DNA of 64,000 nucleotides from Candidatus Moanibacter sp. (lineage in GTDB: Bacteria > Verrucomicrobiota > Verrucomicrobiia > Opitutales > UBA2987): contig CBDCEW010000087.1 in the NCBI GenBank assembly GCA_965215885.1, positions 1 to 64,000 of the forward strand, written 5' to 3'. The translations under genes and the position numbers were made by a program. Under the pieces are notes generated by a model. It worked only from the letters and a program-made list of their open reading frames with translations. It was not told the origin of the DNA and did no database searches. This document shows positions 40,261 to 49,584 of the stretch, in pieces (the first letter of the stretch is position 1; each line of letters opens with the position of its first letter).

Positions 40261-42639
40261 CTAAGTCCGACAGATTCCTAGATCGATAGCTACGGGCGAT
40301 TCCCCACGTTGTTGTCGCTCCCACATGATACGGTAACCGCGTTCCAGATTCCTTGTGTATCGAACCGTGTCGAACAGCGGAGCGCGAATCGTGTTCTTCT
40401 CCACGCATTTTTTTAATTCTCTAAGCTCCCCTGGAGATTTCGAGTTCTGGAGCGCTTTGTCGGCCAGCCCTGGAGAATTCGCAAGTTCTATGCCGCGCTC
40501 GACATATTCGTCCAAATTCCCGACGACCAATTCAAGCAAACCGACTGCATTGAGGAGACTCGTACTCATTCGTGAAATGAAGCTTTTCCCGTAGACAGCT
40601 AGGACTGGAACTCCGGCACGGAGCATATCAATTGTCGTCGTTCCTCCATTGTAGTTCATCGTATCGAGAGCCAGATCCGCCAGTGAGACTCTCCTGATGT
40701 GTCTCGCTATCGGCAAGCGGCCGGCGTATCTGATCCGATCGGGTTTCACACCCCTTTTCTCCGTCTCCTTCAACAGGTTAGTCTTCGCCAGCTCATTGAA
40801 ATCCAATAACCAGAGAACACTTTTCGGCACTCGGTTCAGGATGCGCATCCAAGCGTCGAACACGTCTCGATCTATCTTATTTGGCCGGTTGAATGAACAG
40901 AATACAAAAGCATCCTCGTCCAAGCCGAAGGAGCTTCTCTCGAATTTCTCATCGGAAATCTCCTGCTTTCGATCAGCCGGCATAAAGGTATCCGGCATGA
41001 GGACAAGCTTCTCACAAAAACACGGTGACTCCTCCAGTGGAGTAACGAACCGATCTCCGATCAGGTAGTCGACATATTCAGCCCCCGTCATACCGGCATA
41101 ACCCAAATACATGACCTGAACAGGAGCAGGCCGGAGTGCGAAAATCCCCATTCTATTCATGGGCATGTGACTCTGCAGATCGACAAGAATATCTATTCGG
41201 TCATCTTGAATTCGTTGTGCCGCTTCCCTATTGCCGAAGGGTCCAATATCGAGAAATTGCCTACAATTCGCCGAGATTCTCTTACGGTAGTTGCCGGTGT
41301 CTTCCGGTCCGTAAGAGTAGCCGAATATATCGAATTCATTAGTATCGTGCTCTTCGAAGACGCCCGCGATCAGATGCGATGTAGGGTGTTCTCGACAATC
41401 TCGAGAGAGATATCCTAATCGAATCTTCTCATTACGCCGGTTCTTGGCGTGGGAGAATTCCAATGCGCCGGATTTCAGCGTTTTGTCGCTGACATTCCGC
41501 GCCCATGACATCGCCACTTCGAGATTCAGTTTCGGGTTGGCATGACGATAGAGATTCACAAAGGGATGCTCTCCCGTGCGCCGCCTTTCCTTTATTGCCG
41601 CAGCCGTGGCAGAGTCCACTTTTTTGCCCAATTCCCGTGCTTCGTCCCACGCGCACACATTAATCAATACATCCAGAAGACACGCCTGGAAAATCTCGCT
41701 TTCAGGACTCTCTTTAAGGGCGGTCCTATAGGCATCGACCGATTTCTCCAACTCTCCTATCTGGAAATAGACGTTTCCCAAATTATAAAACGCGCTGGCA
41801 TACCTGGGGGACAGCTCAATCGCCTTCACAAAACATTCAACTGCTTGAGGAAATCGCCCCATCTCCTGCATAACGATTCCCAGGTTGTTGTATCCAAAAG
41901 CGAATGAAGAATCCATTTTCAGCGCCTCCTGGTAGGCCGCGCCCGCTTCACCCAAGTCGCCCTTCTCCAGAAAAGCATGCCCCATCATATTATAAGTCTC
42001 CGCTTCCTCTGGATTTATTCTGGCCGCTTCCCGATACGAAATAATGGCCTCGTCCAGTTTTCCCCATTTCATCAGGGCATTACCGAGGTTTAAACGCGCA
42101 TGAAAATATCGGCTGTCAATATTCAGAGCCTTTTCAAACTCCCTGATCGCCTTTTCATACTCTCCATCATCAAGGTAAATCACGCCTATGTTGTTGAGCG
42201 CGGGTGCAAAGTTCGGTCTTATTTTCAAAGCCGTACGATACGCCTTGAGCGCCTCTGAATCCTCTTTCAAACGGGAAAAAACACCTCCCATATCGTTGTG
42301 CAATTCGGCCGAATTCGGAGCGAGCTCGACCGCGCGCAGATAACTCTTCTTTGCCTCATCATACTGCCCCATTCCCGCAAATGTCTTTCCCAGGTTACCG
42401 TAGACTGAAGCCTTTGCCGGTGCCATCCGGCTCGCTGTTTCCAAGTGCTCGATCGCCTTCGTATCATCTCCACTCTTGTGGTAAACTAAGCCCAAGAGAT
42501 GGTGTGCGTCGGCAAATTGAGGCTTGTGCTTGATCATCTCCGCGCATGCGCGTTGGGCATCTTTCAATCGACCAGACCGGTAGTCTTCAAAGGCTTGCCT
42601 CAAAGAATCCGAGCCATCGGGGTATTGTCCTCCCATCAT
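40261..42639 (-). CDS. TPR + GT41 (O-GlcNAc transferase/SPINDLY-like) protein, paralogue B
   Basis: N-terminal TPRs; IRLGYLS.D.REHP, DILVDL, RPAPVQ, FCSFNRPNKI and DLALDT motifs. Confidence 0.92.
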   Translation of the reverse strand: MMGGQYPDGSDSLRQAFEDYRSGRLKDAQRACAEMIKHKPQFADAHHLLGLVYHKSGDDTKAIEHLETASRMAPAKASVYGNLGKTFAGMGQYDEAKKSYLRAVELAPNSAELHNDMGGVFSRLKEDSEALKAYRTALKIRPNFAPALNNIGVIYLDDGEYEKAIREFEKALNIDSRYFHARLNLGNALMKWGKLDEAIISYREAARINPEEAETYNMMGHAFLEKGDLGEAGAAYQEALKMDSSFAFGYNNLGIVMQEMGRFPQAVECFVKAIELSPRYASAFYNLGNVYFQIGELEKSVDAYRTALKESPESEIFQACLLDVLINVCAWDEARELGKKVDSATAAAIKERRRTGEHPFVNLYRHANPKLNLEVAMSWARNVSDKTLKSGALEFSHAKNRRNEKIRLGYLSRDCREHPTSHLIAGVFEEHDTNEFDIFGYSYGPEDTGNYRKRISANCRQFLDIGPFGNREAAQRIQDDRIDILVDLQSHMPMNRMGIFALRPAPVQVMYLGYAGMTGAEYVDYLIGDRFVTPLEESPCFCEKLVLMPDTFMPADRKQEISDEKFERSSFGLDEDAFVFCSFNRPNKIDRDVFDAWMRILNRVPKSVLWLLDFNELAKTNLLKETEKRGVKPDRIRYAGRLPIARHIRRVSLADLALDTMNYNGGTTTIDMLRAGVPVLAVYGKSFISRMSTSLLNAVGLLELVVGNLDEYVERGIELANSPGLADKALQNSKSPGELRELKKCVEKNTIRAPLFDTVRYTRNLERGYRIMWERQQRGESPVAIDLGICRT

Positions 42640-43001
42640 AAATCTGTCCGCTTTTGCACCACGGCCGCACCCACTATATAGTCATGATGCTCGGCAGTTG
42701 TGCGATGCCAAGTGTGGAAATCCTCGATAACTTCCAGGTTCCAATGAAGTTGCAAACCACACCCGGTAAACGCGGCATTGTTCCAAATCAACTCCTCAAA
42801 CCGATCTAAAGTGAGAGCCGAGCCGTCCGCATCCGGATAGGTCATCCCCCGATCAGGCTCACAAATGTCTAAAGAGAGTCCGAAAACACCACCTTCTTCC
42901 AAGACACGTCCCAATTCATCGACGACCTTCGCCTTGTTCGGCTGATGTTCAATTACGGAAAAGCTGGTAACAATTTTGAATCGCCCGTCCGGAAGCGGCA
43001 A
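42636..43001 (-). pseudogene. C-terminal half of class I SAM methyltransferase (paralogue of 45643..46377)
   Basis: IVTSFSVIEHQPNKAK…WHRTTAEHH matches the paralogue; the SAM-binding motif I is missing. Confidence 0.85.
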
Positions 43002-43003
43002 GC

Positions 43004-43185
43004 CCGCGACATCGTGATCAAATCGGAACTATGCCGTCTAAAATATGCCTGGGTTATAACGGCATGGGCTCCCACTTTTACCGAGTTCTTGCGTCGATAT
43101 ATGAGTGAGTTAGAAAGTTCGAAGGAATTCGAAGCCGGTGACGGGAACCCGGAATTGCAACTAAGCAATATCTTTCTGGCTGCGG
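43004..43185 (+). pseudogene. Internal fragment of nucleotidyltransferase paralogue
   Basis: RDIVIK…AWVITAWAPTFTE…ELQLSNIFLAA matches 38575..39372. Confidence 0.85.
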
Positions 43186-43189
43186 AGAA

Positions 43190-43270
43190 AGTCTTGTTGT
43201 CCCGGCATAAAAGGAGGTGGAGCAGAGTCGTTCCGGTTCGAGGGCTACCACCGACAAAGAATCTGCTCAT
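43190..43270 (-). pseudogene. N-terminal fragment of sulfotransferase paralogue
   Basis: MSRFFVGGSPRTGTTLLHLLLCRDN matches 39363..40163. Confidence 0.85.
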
Positions 43271-43306
43271 TTTCGTTGCAATTGCATCAGAGAAAACCGC
43301 GGGACT

Positions 43307-45646
43307 CTAAGTCCAACTCATTCCTAGATCGATAGCCGCGGGAGACTCTCCTCGTTGGAGTCGCTCCCACATGATACGGTAGCCGCGTTCCAGATTCCTT
43401 GTGTATCGAACCGTGTCGAACAGCGGAGCGTGAACCCTGTTCTTCTCAATAGATCTTTTTATTTCTTTCAATTTCCCTGGAGAATGCGCGAGTTCTACCG
43501 CACGTTCGACGTATTCGTCCAAATTCTCGACGACCAATTCAGGCAAGCCGAATGCATTGAGGAGACTGGTGCTCATACGCGAAATGAAATTCCCACCACG
43601 GACCGCCAATACCGGAACTCCGCCGCGAAGCGTATCAACGGTCGTTGTTCCCCCACTACAAACCATCGTATCGAGAGCGAGGTCGGCAAGTGAGATTCTC
43701 TTAATGTGTCTGCCGATCGGCAGACGTTCCGCGAATCTGACCCGGTCTACACTCACTCCTCGAAGCTCCGTTTCTTTCATCAGATTCTTTTTCGCCAGTT
43801 CATTGAAAGCGATTAACCACAGGACACTCCTCGGAACTCTTTTTAATATGCGCATCCAGGCATCGAATATCGAGGGATCAATTTTAACGGGTCGGTTGAA
43901 GGAGCAGTAAACAAAGTCTTCTTCGGGTAGATTGAGCGATTTTCTCTCAAAGACCTCATTGGAAACAGGCTGTCTCCGATCCGACGGCATGTAAGTGTCC
44001 GGCATAAAGACCAACTTTTCACTGAAACAATGTGCCTCCTCCAGCGGAGTAACAATCTTATCTGCGATAACGTAATTGATAAAATCGACTCCTGAGGTAC
44101 CGGCAAATCCCAAATAACTAACTTGAATCGGAGCCGGGCGAAGAGCAAAAACACCCATTCTGTTCATCGGCATGTGAAGCTGAAGATCCACCAGTATATC
44201 TATCCTGTCGTCGAATATTCTCTGGGCCGCTGCCCTATTGTTCAGAGTTTCAATATCCCGAAATTGACTGCAACACTGAGCAATTCTCTTTCTGTAATTC
44301 CCCGTGTCCTCCGGTCCATAAGAATAACCGAAAACTTCGAAATTCCCGGCATCATGTTCTTCGAATACACCCGCTATGAGATGCGACATTGGGTGTTCCC
44401 GAAAATCCCGTGAGAGATATCCTAATCGAATCTTCTCATTACGCCGACTCTTGGCGTGGGAGAATTCCAATGCGCCGGATTTCCGCGCTTTCTCGCTGAT
44501 TTCCCGCGCCCACGATTCCGCCACATCGAAATTCAGTTTCGGATTGGCATGGCGATAGAGATTCATAAAGGGATTTTCTCCCGTGCGCCGCCCTTCCTTT
44601 ATTGCCGCCGCGGTGGCAGCGTCCACTTTCTCACCCAGTTCCCGTGCTTCGTCCCACGCGCATACATTAATCAACACATCCAGAAGACTTGCCTGAAAAA
44701 TCTCGCTCTCAGGACTCTCTTTAACAGCGGTCTTATAGGCATCGATCGATTTCTCCAGCGCTCCTGTCTGGAAATAGACACTTCCCAAATTATAAAAGGC
44801 GCTGGCATACTTGGGGGACAGCTCGATCGCCTTCACAAAACATTCAACAGCTTCCGGAAATCGCCCCATCTCCTGCATAACGATTCCCAGGTTGTTGTAT
44901 CCGAAAGCGAATGAAGAATCCATTTTCAGCGCCTCCTGGTAGGCCACGCCCGCTTCACTCAAGTCTCCCTTCTCCAGGTAGACATGCCCGATCTTATTGT
45001 AAGTCTCCGCTTCCTCCGGATGAATTCGGGCCGCCTCCCGATACGAAGCAATGGCCTCGTCCAGTTTTCCCCATTTCATTAAGGCATCACCGATATTCAA
45101 ACGTGCATGAAAATATCGGCTGTCAATTTCCAGGGCCTTTTCAAACTCCCCGATCGCATTCTCATACTCGCCTTCATCGAGGTAGATCACCCCTATGTTG
45201 TTGAGCGCCGGCGCAAAGTTCGGTCTCAATTTCAAAGCTGCTCGATACGCCTTGAGCGCTTCTGAATTCTCTTTCAAACGGGACAACACACCTCCCAAAT
45301 CGTTGCACAATTCGGCCGAATCCGGTTTGAGCTCGATCGCGCGCAGATAACTCTTTTTCGCCTCTTCAAACCGTCCCATTCCGGCAAATGTCTTTCCAAG
45401 ATTACCGTAGACTGAAACCTTTGCCGGTGCCATCCGCCTGGCCGTTTCCAAGTGCTCTATGGCTTTCGCATCATCTCCACACTTGTTGTAAACCAGACCC
45501 AAGAGGTGGTGTGCGTCGGCAAATTGAGGCTTGCGCTCGATCATCTCCGCACAGGAGCGCTGGGCATCCTCCAACCGGCCGGATCGAAATTCCTCGAAGG
45601 CTCTCTTCAAGGAAATCGAGTCATCGGGGTACTGTCCTCCCATCAT
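43307..45646 (-). CDS. TPR + GT41 (OGT/SPINDLY-like) protein, paralogue A
   Basis: Same motifs as paralogue B and collinear with it. Confidence 0.92.
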   Translation of the reverse strand: MMGGQYPDDSISLKRAFEEFRSGRLEDAQRSCAEMIERKPQFADAHHLLGLVYNKCGDDAKAIEHLETARRMAPAKVSVYGNLGKTFAGMGRFEEAKKSYLRAIELKPDSAELCNDLGGVLSRLKENSEALKAYRAALKLRPNFAPALNNIGVIYLDEGEYENAIGEFEKALEIDSRYFHARLNIGDALMKWGKLDEAIASYREAARIHPEEAETYNKIGHVYLEKGDLSEAGVAYQEALKMDSSFAFGYNNLGIVMQEMGRFPEAVECFVKAIELSPKYASAFYNLGSVYFQTGALEKSIDAYKTAVKESPESEIFQASLLDVLINVCAWDEARELGEKVDAATAAAIKEGRRTGENPFMNLYRHANPKLNFDVAESWAREISEKARKSGALEFSHAKSRRNEKIRLGYLSRDFREHPMSHLIAGVFEEHDAGNFEVFGYSYGPEDTGNYRKRIAQCCSQFRDIETLNNRAAAQRIFDDRIDILVDLQLHMPMNRMGVFALRPAPIQVSYLGFAGTSGVDFINYVIADKIVTPLEEAHCFSEKLVFMPDTYMPSDRRQPVSNEVFERKSLNLPEEDFVYCSFNRPVKIDPSIFDAWMRILKRVPRSVLWLIAFNELAKKNLMKETELRGVSVDRVRFAERLPIGRHIKRISLADLALDTMVCSGGTTTVDTLRGGVPVLAVRGGNFISRMSTSLLNAFGLPELVVENLDEYVERAVELAHSPGKLKEIKRSIEKNRVHAPLFDTVRYTRNLERGYRIMWERLQRGESPAAIDLGMSWT

Positions 45647-46377
45647 AATTCTGTCCGCTTTTGCATCACGGCCGCACCGACGATATAGTTATGATGCTCG
45701 GCCGTTGTGCGATGCCAAGTGTGGAAGTCCTCGATATCTTCCAAATTCCAATGATGTGGCACACAACACCCGGTAAAGGCGGAATTGTTCCAAATCAACT
45801 CCTCAAATAGAGTTAATGTCAAAGCCGAGCCGCTTTCATCCGGATAGGTCATCTCCCGATCCGGCTCACAGATGTCGAAAGAGAGCCCGAGAACACCATC
45901 TTCTTTCAAGACACGCCCCAACTCTTCGACGGCCTTCGCCTTATTCGGCTGATGTTCAATCACCGAAAAGCTGGTAACAATGTCAAAGCGGCCGTTCGGA
46001 AAGGGCATACTCTGCTCTTCGAGCACTCTCCAATCCACGTGGAAATTATGCTCCTTGCGAATCCACTTCCAATGACCCACCAGTTCATCGTGAATTTCCG
46101 TCAGAGTCACTTCCGCTCCTTTGCTGGCGAAAAACCAGGGCATCGGTGAAAGCTCGCTACCAATATCGAGAATCCTCACACTTGGCCGCACGAGATCCTC
46201 AAGTCTGTTGAACCAGAGCCATGGGTATTCCCAATTCTTGCTGAAGTCGGAGTATTGATGCAGCCCCAATGGTTTGGCGAACGCATTGAGCTGCTCCATA
46301 AAAGCGATGAACGCGGGAGACTTCAGTTCCTCTACGCTTCCGAGTCGAGCCTTGTTTATGATGACTTTTACACCCAT
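45643..46377 (-). CDS. Class I SAM-dependent methyltransferase
   Basis: WEYPW, ILDIGS and FDIVTSFSVIEH motifs. Confidence 0.85.
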   Translation of the reverse strand: MGVKVIINKARLGSVEELKSPAFIAFMEQLNAFAKPLGLHQYSDFSKNWEYPWLWFNRLEDLVRPSVRILDIGSELSPMPWFFASKGAEVTLTEIHDELVGHWKWIRKEHNFHVDWRVLEEQSMPFPNGRFDIVTSFSVIEHQPNKAKAVEELGRVLKEDGVLGLSFDICEPDREMTYPDESGSALTLTLFEELIWNNSAFTGCCVPHHWNLEDIEDFHTWHRTTAEHHNYIVGAAVMQKRTEL

Positions 46378-46917
46378 TTACCTAAGTTTTGCCACGCGGA
46401 AACTGTAAAGCAATCAAAGAGGTTCGGGAAAGCAGAAGTCCCGCTCAGAGGGAGATGATGGGGAAGCCCAAGTTGGCAAAGAATTCGCAAAGAGTTGGCC
46501 CTCTGATGCAGTAGCCATACCACTGTTCCTTGCGGTGATCGATGAAGGAAGGAGGAAAACTCAAATGAGACACTATTCGAGCTGGGGACTTGTGGTCGCC
46601 GGCAGGCACAGTGGTATGGGGCGAAGCCCACCGTGGGAAAAATCTTAAAGAGTAATCCCATCCCGGCACGCGAGGGCTCCGCAGTACCACTGATGGAGAG
46701 GGGGAGGTATGGCAGCGGATTAAAGCACAGCAACGAATGGGGAGGGATCAAATGCAGCTATCGGGACTTCTGTTATTCGTAAGCTCTAGCGCAACATGAT
46801 GGCAAGGAGAGGAATCGGCACTTTCCTGGGCTCACTTTGCCTCGAGGGGGGTGCAAGGAATCAGGTTCACAGTATTGTTGTGTTTCCCAAAGGTTTAAGT
46901 AAAAAGTCCCTGACTGA

Positions 46918-47964
46918 ATGAGAATTCTGATCACGGGAAATATGGGTTATGTAGGACCTTCTGTAGTCGAGACAGTGAGGAGGAGCTTCCCGGAGGCCAC
47001 GATAGTGGGATTCGATACCGGGTACTTCGCGAACCGCCTCACCAACGCTGAGGTCTTCCCCGAGAGAAGACTCGATGCGCAATGGTTTGGCGACATCAGA
47101 GATTTTCGGGAAAGCATCCTTGATGATGTAGACACCATTATACACCTCGCCGCGTTATCGAATGATTCCATAGGCAATGAATTCGAGGAGGTAACCCTCG
47201 ATGTCAATTGGAAGTCAACCATACGGCTTGCCGCGTCCGCCAGGAAAGCCGGAGTAAGTTCCTTTATTTTCGCCTCAAGTTGCAGCATATATGGTGCGGC
47301 GGACTCCGAACCGAGAACTGAACGTTCTACTATAGATCCACAATCCGTATACGCAAAATCCAAGGTGCTTGCGGAAATGGACCTTCGGCCTCTAGCCGGT
47401 GATAACTTCAGGATTACATGCCTCAGATTTGCCACCGCTTGCGGAATGAGTCCGCGACTCCGCCTCGATCTGGTTCTGAACGATTTTGTGGCAGCAGCGG
47501 TGGCATCAAGAGAGATTACCTTGCTGAGTGACGGCACTTCCTGGAGACCCCTCATCGATGTTAAGGACATGGCGAAAGCGGTTCATTGGGCACTGATAAA
47601 AAGGCAAGACGAGGGTGGGGACTTTTTGGCAATAAACGTCGGTAGCAACGCATGGAACTACCGGGTAAAGGAGTTGGCCGCGGCCGTAGCTGGCGTAATT
47701 CCGGGCATCGATGTTTCAATAAACCTTGGGGCAGAACCGGATAAACGGTCCTACAAAGTCAATTTTGATCGGTTCAAAGAGGTCGCTCCAGGTCATCAAC
47801 CGGATTTTACACTTACTGACACAATTGGGAATTTGAGACATTGTCTCGAAGCCATGAATTTCTCGGACGTTAACTTTCGTAACTCTCATTATATGCGTCT
47901 GCATACATTGAGAAGGTTACAGAAGCAAAATCGCCTCGATCATCAACTCCGATGGGCTGAGTGA
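46918..47964 (+). CDS. NAD-dependent epimerase/dehydratase (extended SDR)
   Basis: ITGNMGYVG, ASSCSIYG and YAKSK motifs. Confidence 0.92.
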   Translation: MRILITGNMGYVGPSVVETVRRSFPEATIVGFDTGYFANRLTNAEVFPERRLDAQWFGDIRDFRESILDDVDTIIHLAALSNDSIGNEFEEVTLDVNWKSTIRLAASARKAGVSSFIFASSCSIYGAADSEPRTERSTIDPQSVYAKSKVLAEMDLRPLAGDNFRITCLRFATACGMSPRLRLDLVLNDFVAAAVASREITLLSDGTSWRPLIDVKDMAKAVHWALIKRQDEGGDFLAINVGSNAWNYRVKELAAAVAGVIPGIDVSINLGAEPDKRSYKVNFDRFKEVAPGHQPDFTLTDTIGNLRHCLEAMNFSDVNFRNSHYMRLHTLRRLQKQNRLDHQLRWAE

Positions 47965-47965
47965 T

Positions 47966-49291
47966 ATGATTATCGTCGATACCGCTTTGAAGAAGCGCGA
48001 CGAGGAGCGAAATCCCATTCGCGTCGCCCTTGTCGGCGCTGGTTTCATGGGCCGTGCCATCGCACAACAGATTTGCCGATACACAGCCGGTATGAAACTC
48101 GTCGCCATTTCAAATCGGCATATAGATACCGCCCTGAGCGCATACCGTAACGCCGACGCAGAAAATGTTGATAATGTAAATACCGTAGAAGAACTCGAAA
48201 CGAGCATCGCAAGAAGTCACTTCGCCGTTACGGAAGACGCCCTCTTGCTGTGCAGAGCCGAAGGAATTGATGCGATAATTGAGGCAACCGGCACCGTAGT
48301 ATTCGCCGCTTCCATCGCATTGGAAGCCATCCAGTGCGGTAAGCACGTCATTCTCTTCAACGCGGAATTGGACGCTACTCTCGGACCAATTTTGAAAGTC
48401 CATGCCGATAAGGCCGGGGTGGTCTACTCTTCCGCCGATGGCGATCAACCCGGAGTCACCATGAACCTCTACCGATTCATCAAGCAATTAGGCATATGTC
48501 CCGTCCTGTGCGGAAACATCAAAGGTCTTCAAGACCGCTATCGAAATCCCACCACGCAAGCAGAATATGCGGCGAAGCGCGGTATCGGTCCGCATATGGC
48601 TGCTTCCTTCGCCGATGGAACAAAGGTATCATTCGAACAAGCGATAGTCGCAAATGGAACGGATATGTTCGTTGCAAAACGAGGTATGCTCGGCCCTGTC
48701 GTAGCACCCGGCACGCCACTGGAATCAGCTGTTTCGCAGTTTCCCGAAGGATTGACGCTGAAAAGTCGGGGATTCGTCGATTACATTGTGGGAGCCTCTC
48801 CCGCCCCCGGGGTGTTTATCCTCGGAACTTGCGAGGATCCGGCACAACGCAGGTTGCTGGAACACTACAAAATGGGAAGCGGTCCGCTCTACTGTTTTAC
48901 TAAGCCCTTCCATCTCTGCCATTTCGAAGTTCCGAATTCAGTAGCGCGCGCTGTAATTTTCGGTGATCCAACCCTGCAACCGCTGGGCGCTCCAAGAGTC
49001 GACGTTATCGCGGCGGCGAAAAAGCCACTCAGGGAAGGTGAAATCATTGACGGCATAGGGCACTATATGTCTTACGGCTTGTGCGAGAATTATGAAACCG
49101 TAGTTAAAGAGCGCCTCCTCCCAATGGGTTTGGCCGAGGGGTGTCGACTCAAGCGCGACATACCGAGAGATCGAGTATTGACCTACAATGATGTGCATCT
49201 TCCCGACCGTCGTCTGGCCGATGGCCTCAGGCGGGAACAGGATAAATTCTGGCAACGCAAGGAGAAGAGAGAGGAAGCAACGAACGAATGA
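47966..49291 (+). CDS. NAD(P)-dependent oxidoreductase (homoserine-dehydrogenase-like) with C-terminal SAF domain
   Basis: VALVGAGFMG, NAELD, GDQPG, SFADGTK and DGIG…LPMGLAEGCRLKRDI motifs. Confidence 0.85.
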   Translation: MIIVDTALKKRDEERNPIRVALVGAGFMGRAIAQQICRYTAGMKLVAISNRHIDTALSAYRNADAENVDNVNTVEELETSIARSHFAVTEDALLLCRAEGIDAIIEATGTVVFAASIALEAIQCGKHVILFNAELDATLGPILKVHADKAGVVYSSADGDQPGVTMNLYRFIKQLGICPVLCGNIKGLQDRYRNPTTQAEYAAKRGIGPHMAASFADGTKVSFEQAIVANGTDMFVAKRGMLGPVVAPGTPLESAVSQFPEGLTLKSRGFVDYIVGASPAPGVFILGTCEDPAQRRLLEHYKMGSGPLYCFTKPFHLCHFEVPNSVARAVIFGDPTLQPLGAPRVDVIAAAKKPLREGEIIDGIGHYMSYGLCENYETVVKERLLPMGLAEGCRLKRDIPRDRVLTYNDVHLPDRRLADGLRREQDKFWQRKEKREEATNE

Positions 49292-49584
49292 GTCGGTTAG
49301 GTTCCTGTTTCGGAAATCTCCGGGCTAAGTACTCGATAACGCAAATACAGTCATGTATGCCGAGGCGATTTTGGATGCTGGGGGAGGCGGTCGAGTCGAG
49401 CCAGGCTGGAGCCCTTGCTCAACTCGACCAACGCTGCCCAGCGCCAAAAGCGCCCGGTCCCATAGGGATGGGGCGGCACCGGGGGTATTGCGGCGTTGCG
49501 GCGACGAGGAAAGCGCCTTGAGGCTGTCCATCGTCGGCGCGCCTTGCACTACCCCAGGTGGCGCTCCCACATACGTGACCGTAT

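Larger units (their letters stand above)
23190..40504. repeat. Right arm of the large inverted duplication
   Basis: Reverse complement of 1-17277. Confidence 0.97.

Noticed and set aside
40261..45646. Diversity-generating retroelement template/variable repeats
   Set aside because: No reverse transcriptase; the similarity spans whole genes and the differences are not adenine-specific.
46368..46751. Short ORFs in the divergent intergenic region, and those at 49288-49667
   Set aside because: No recognisable motifs; they overlap repeat-like or GC-palindromic intergenic DNA.
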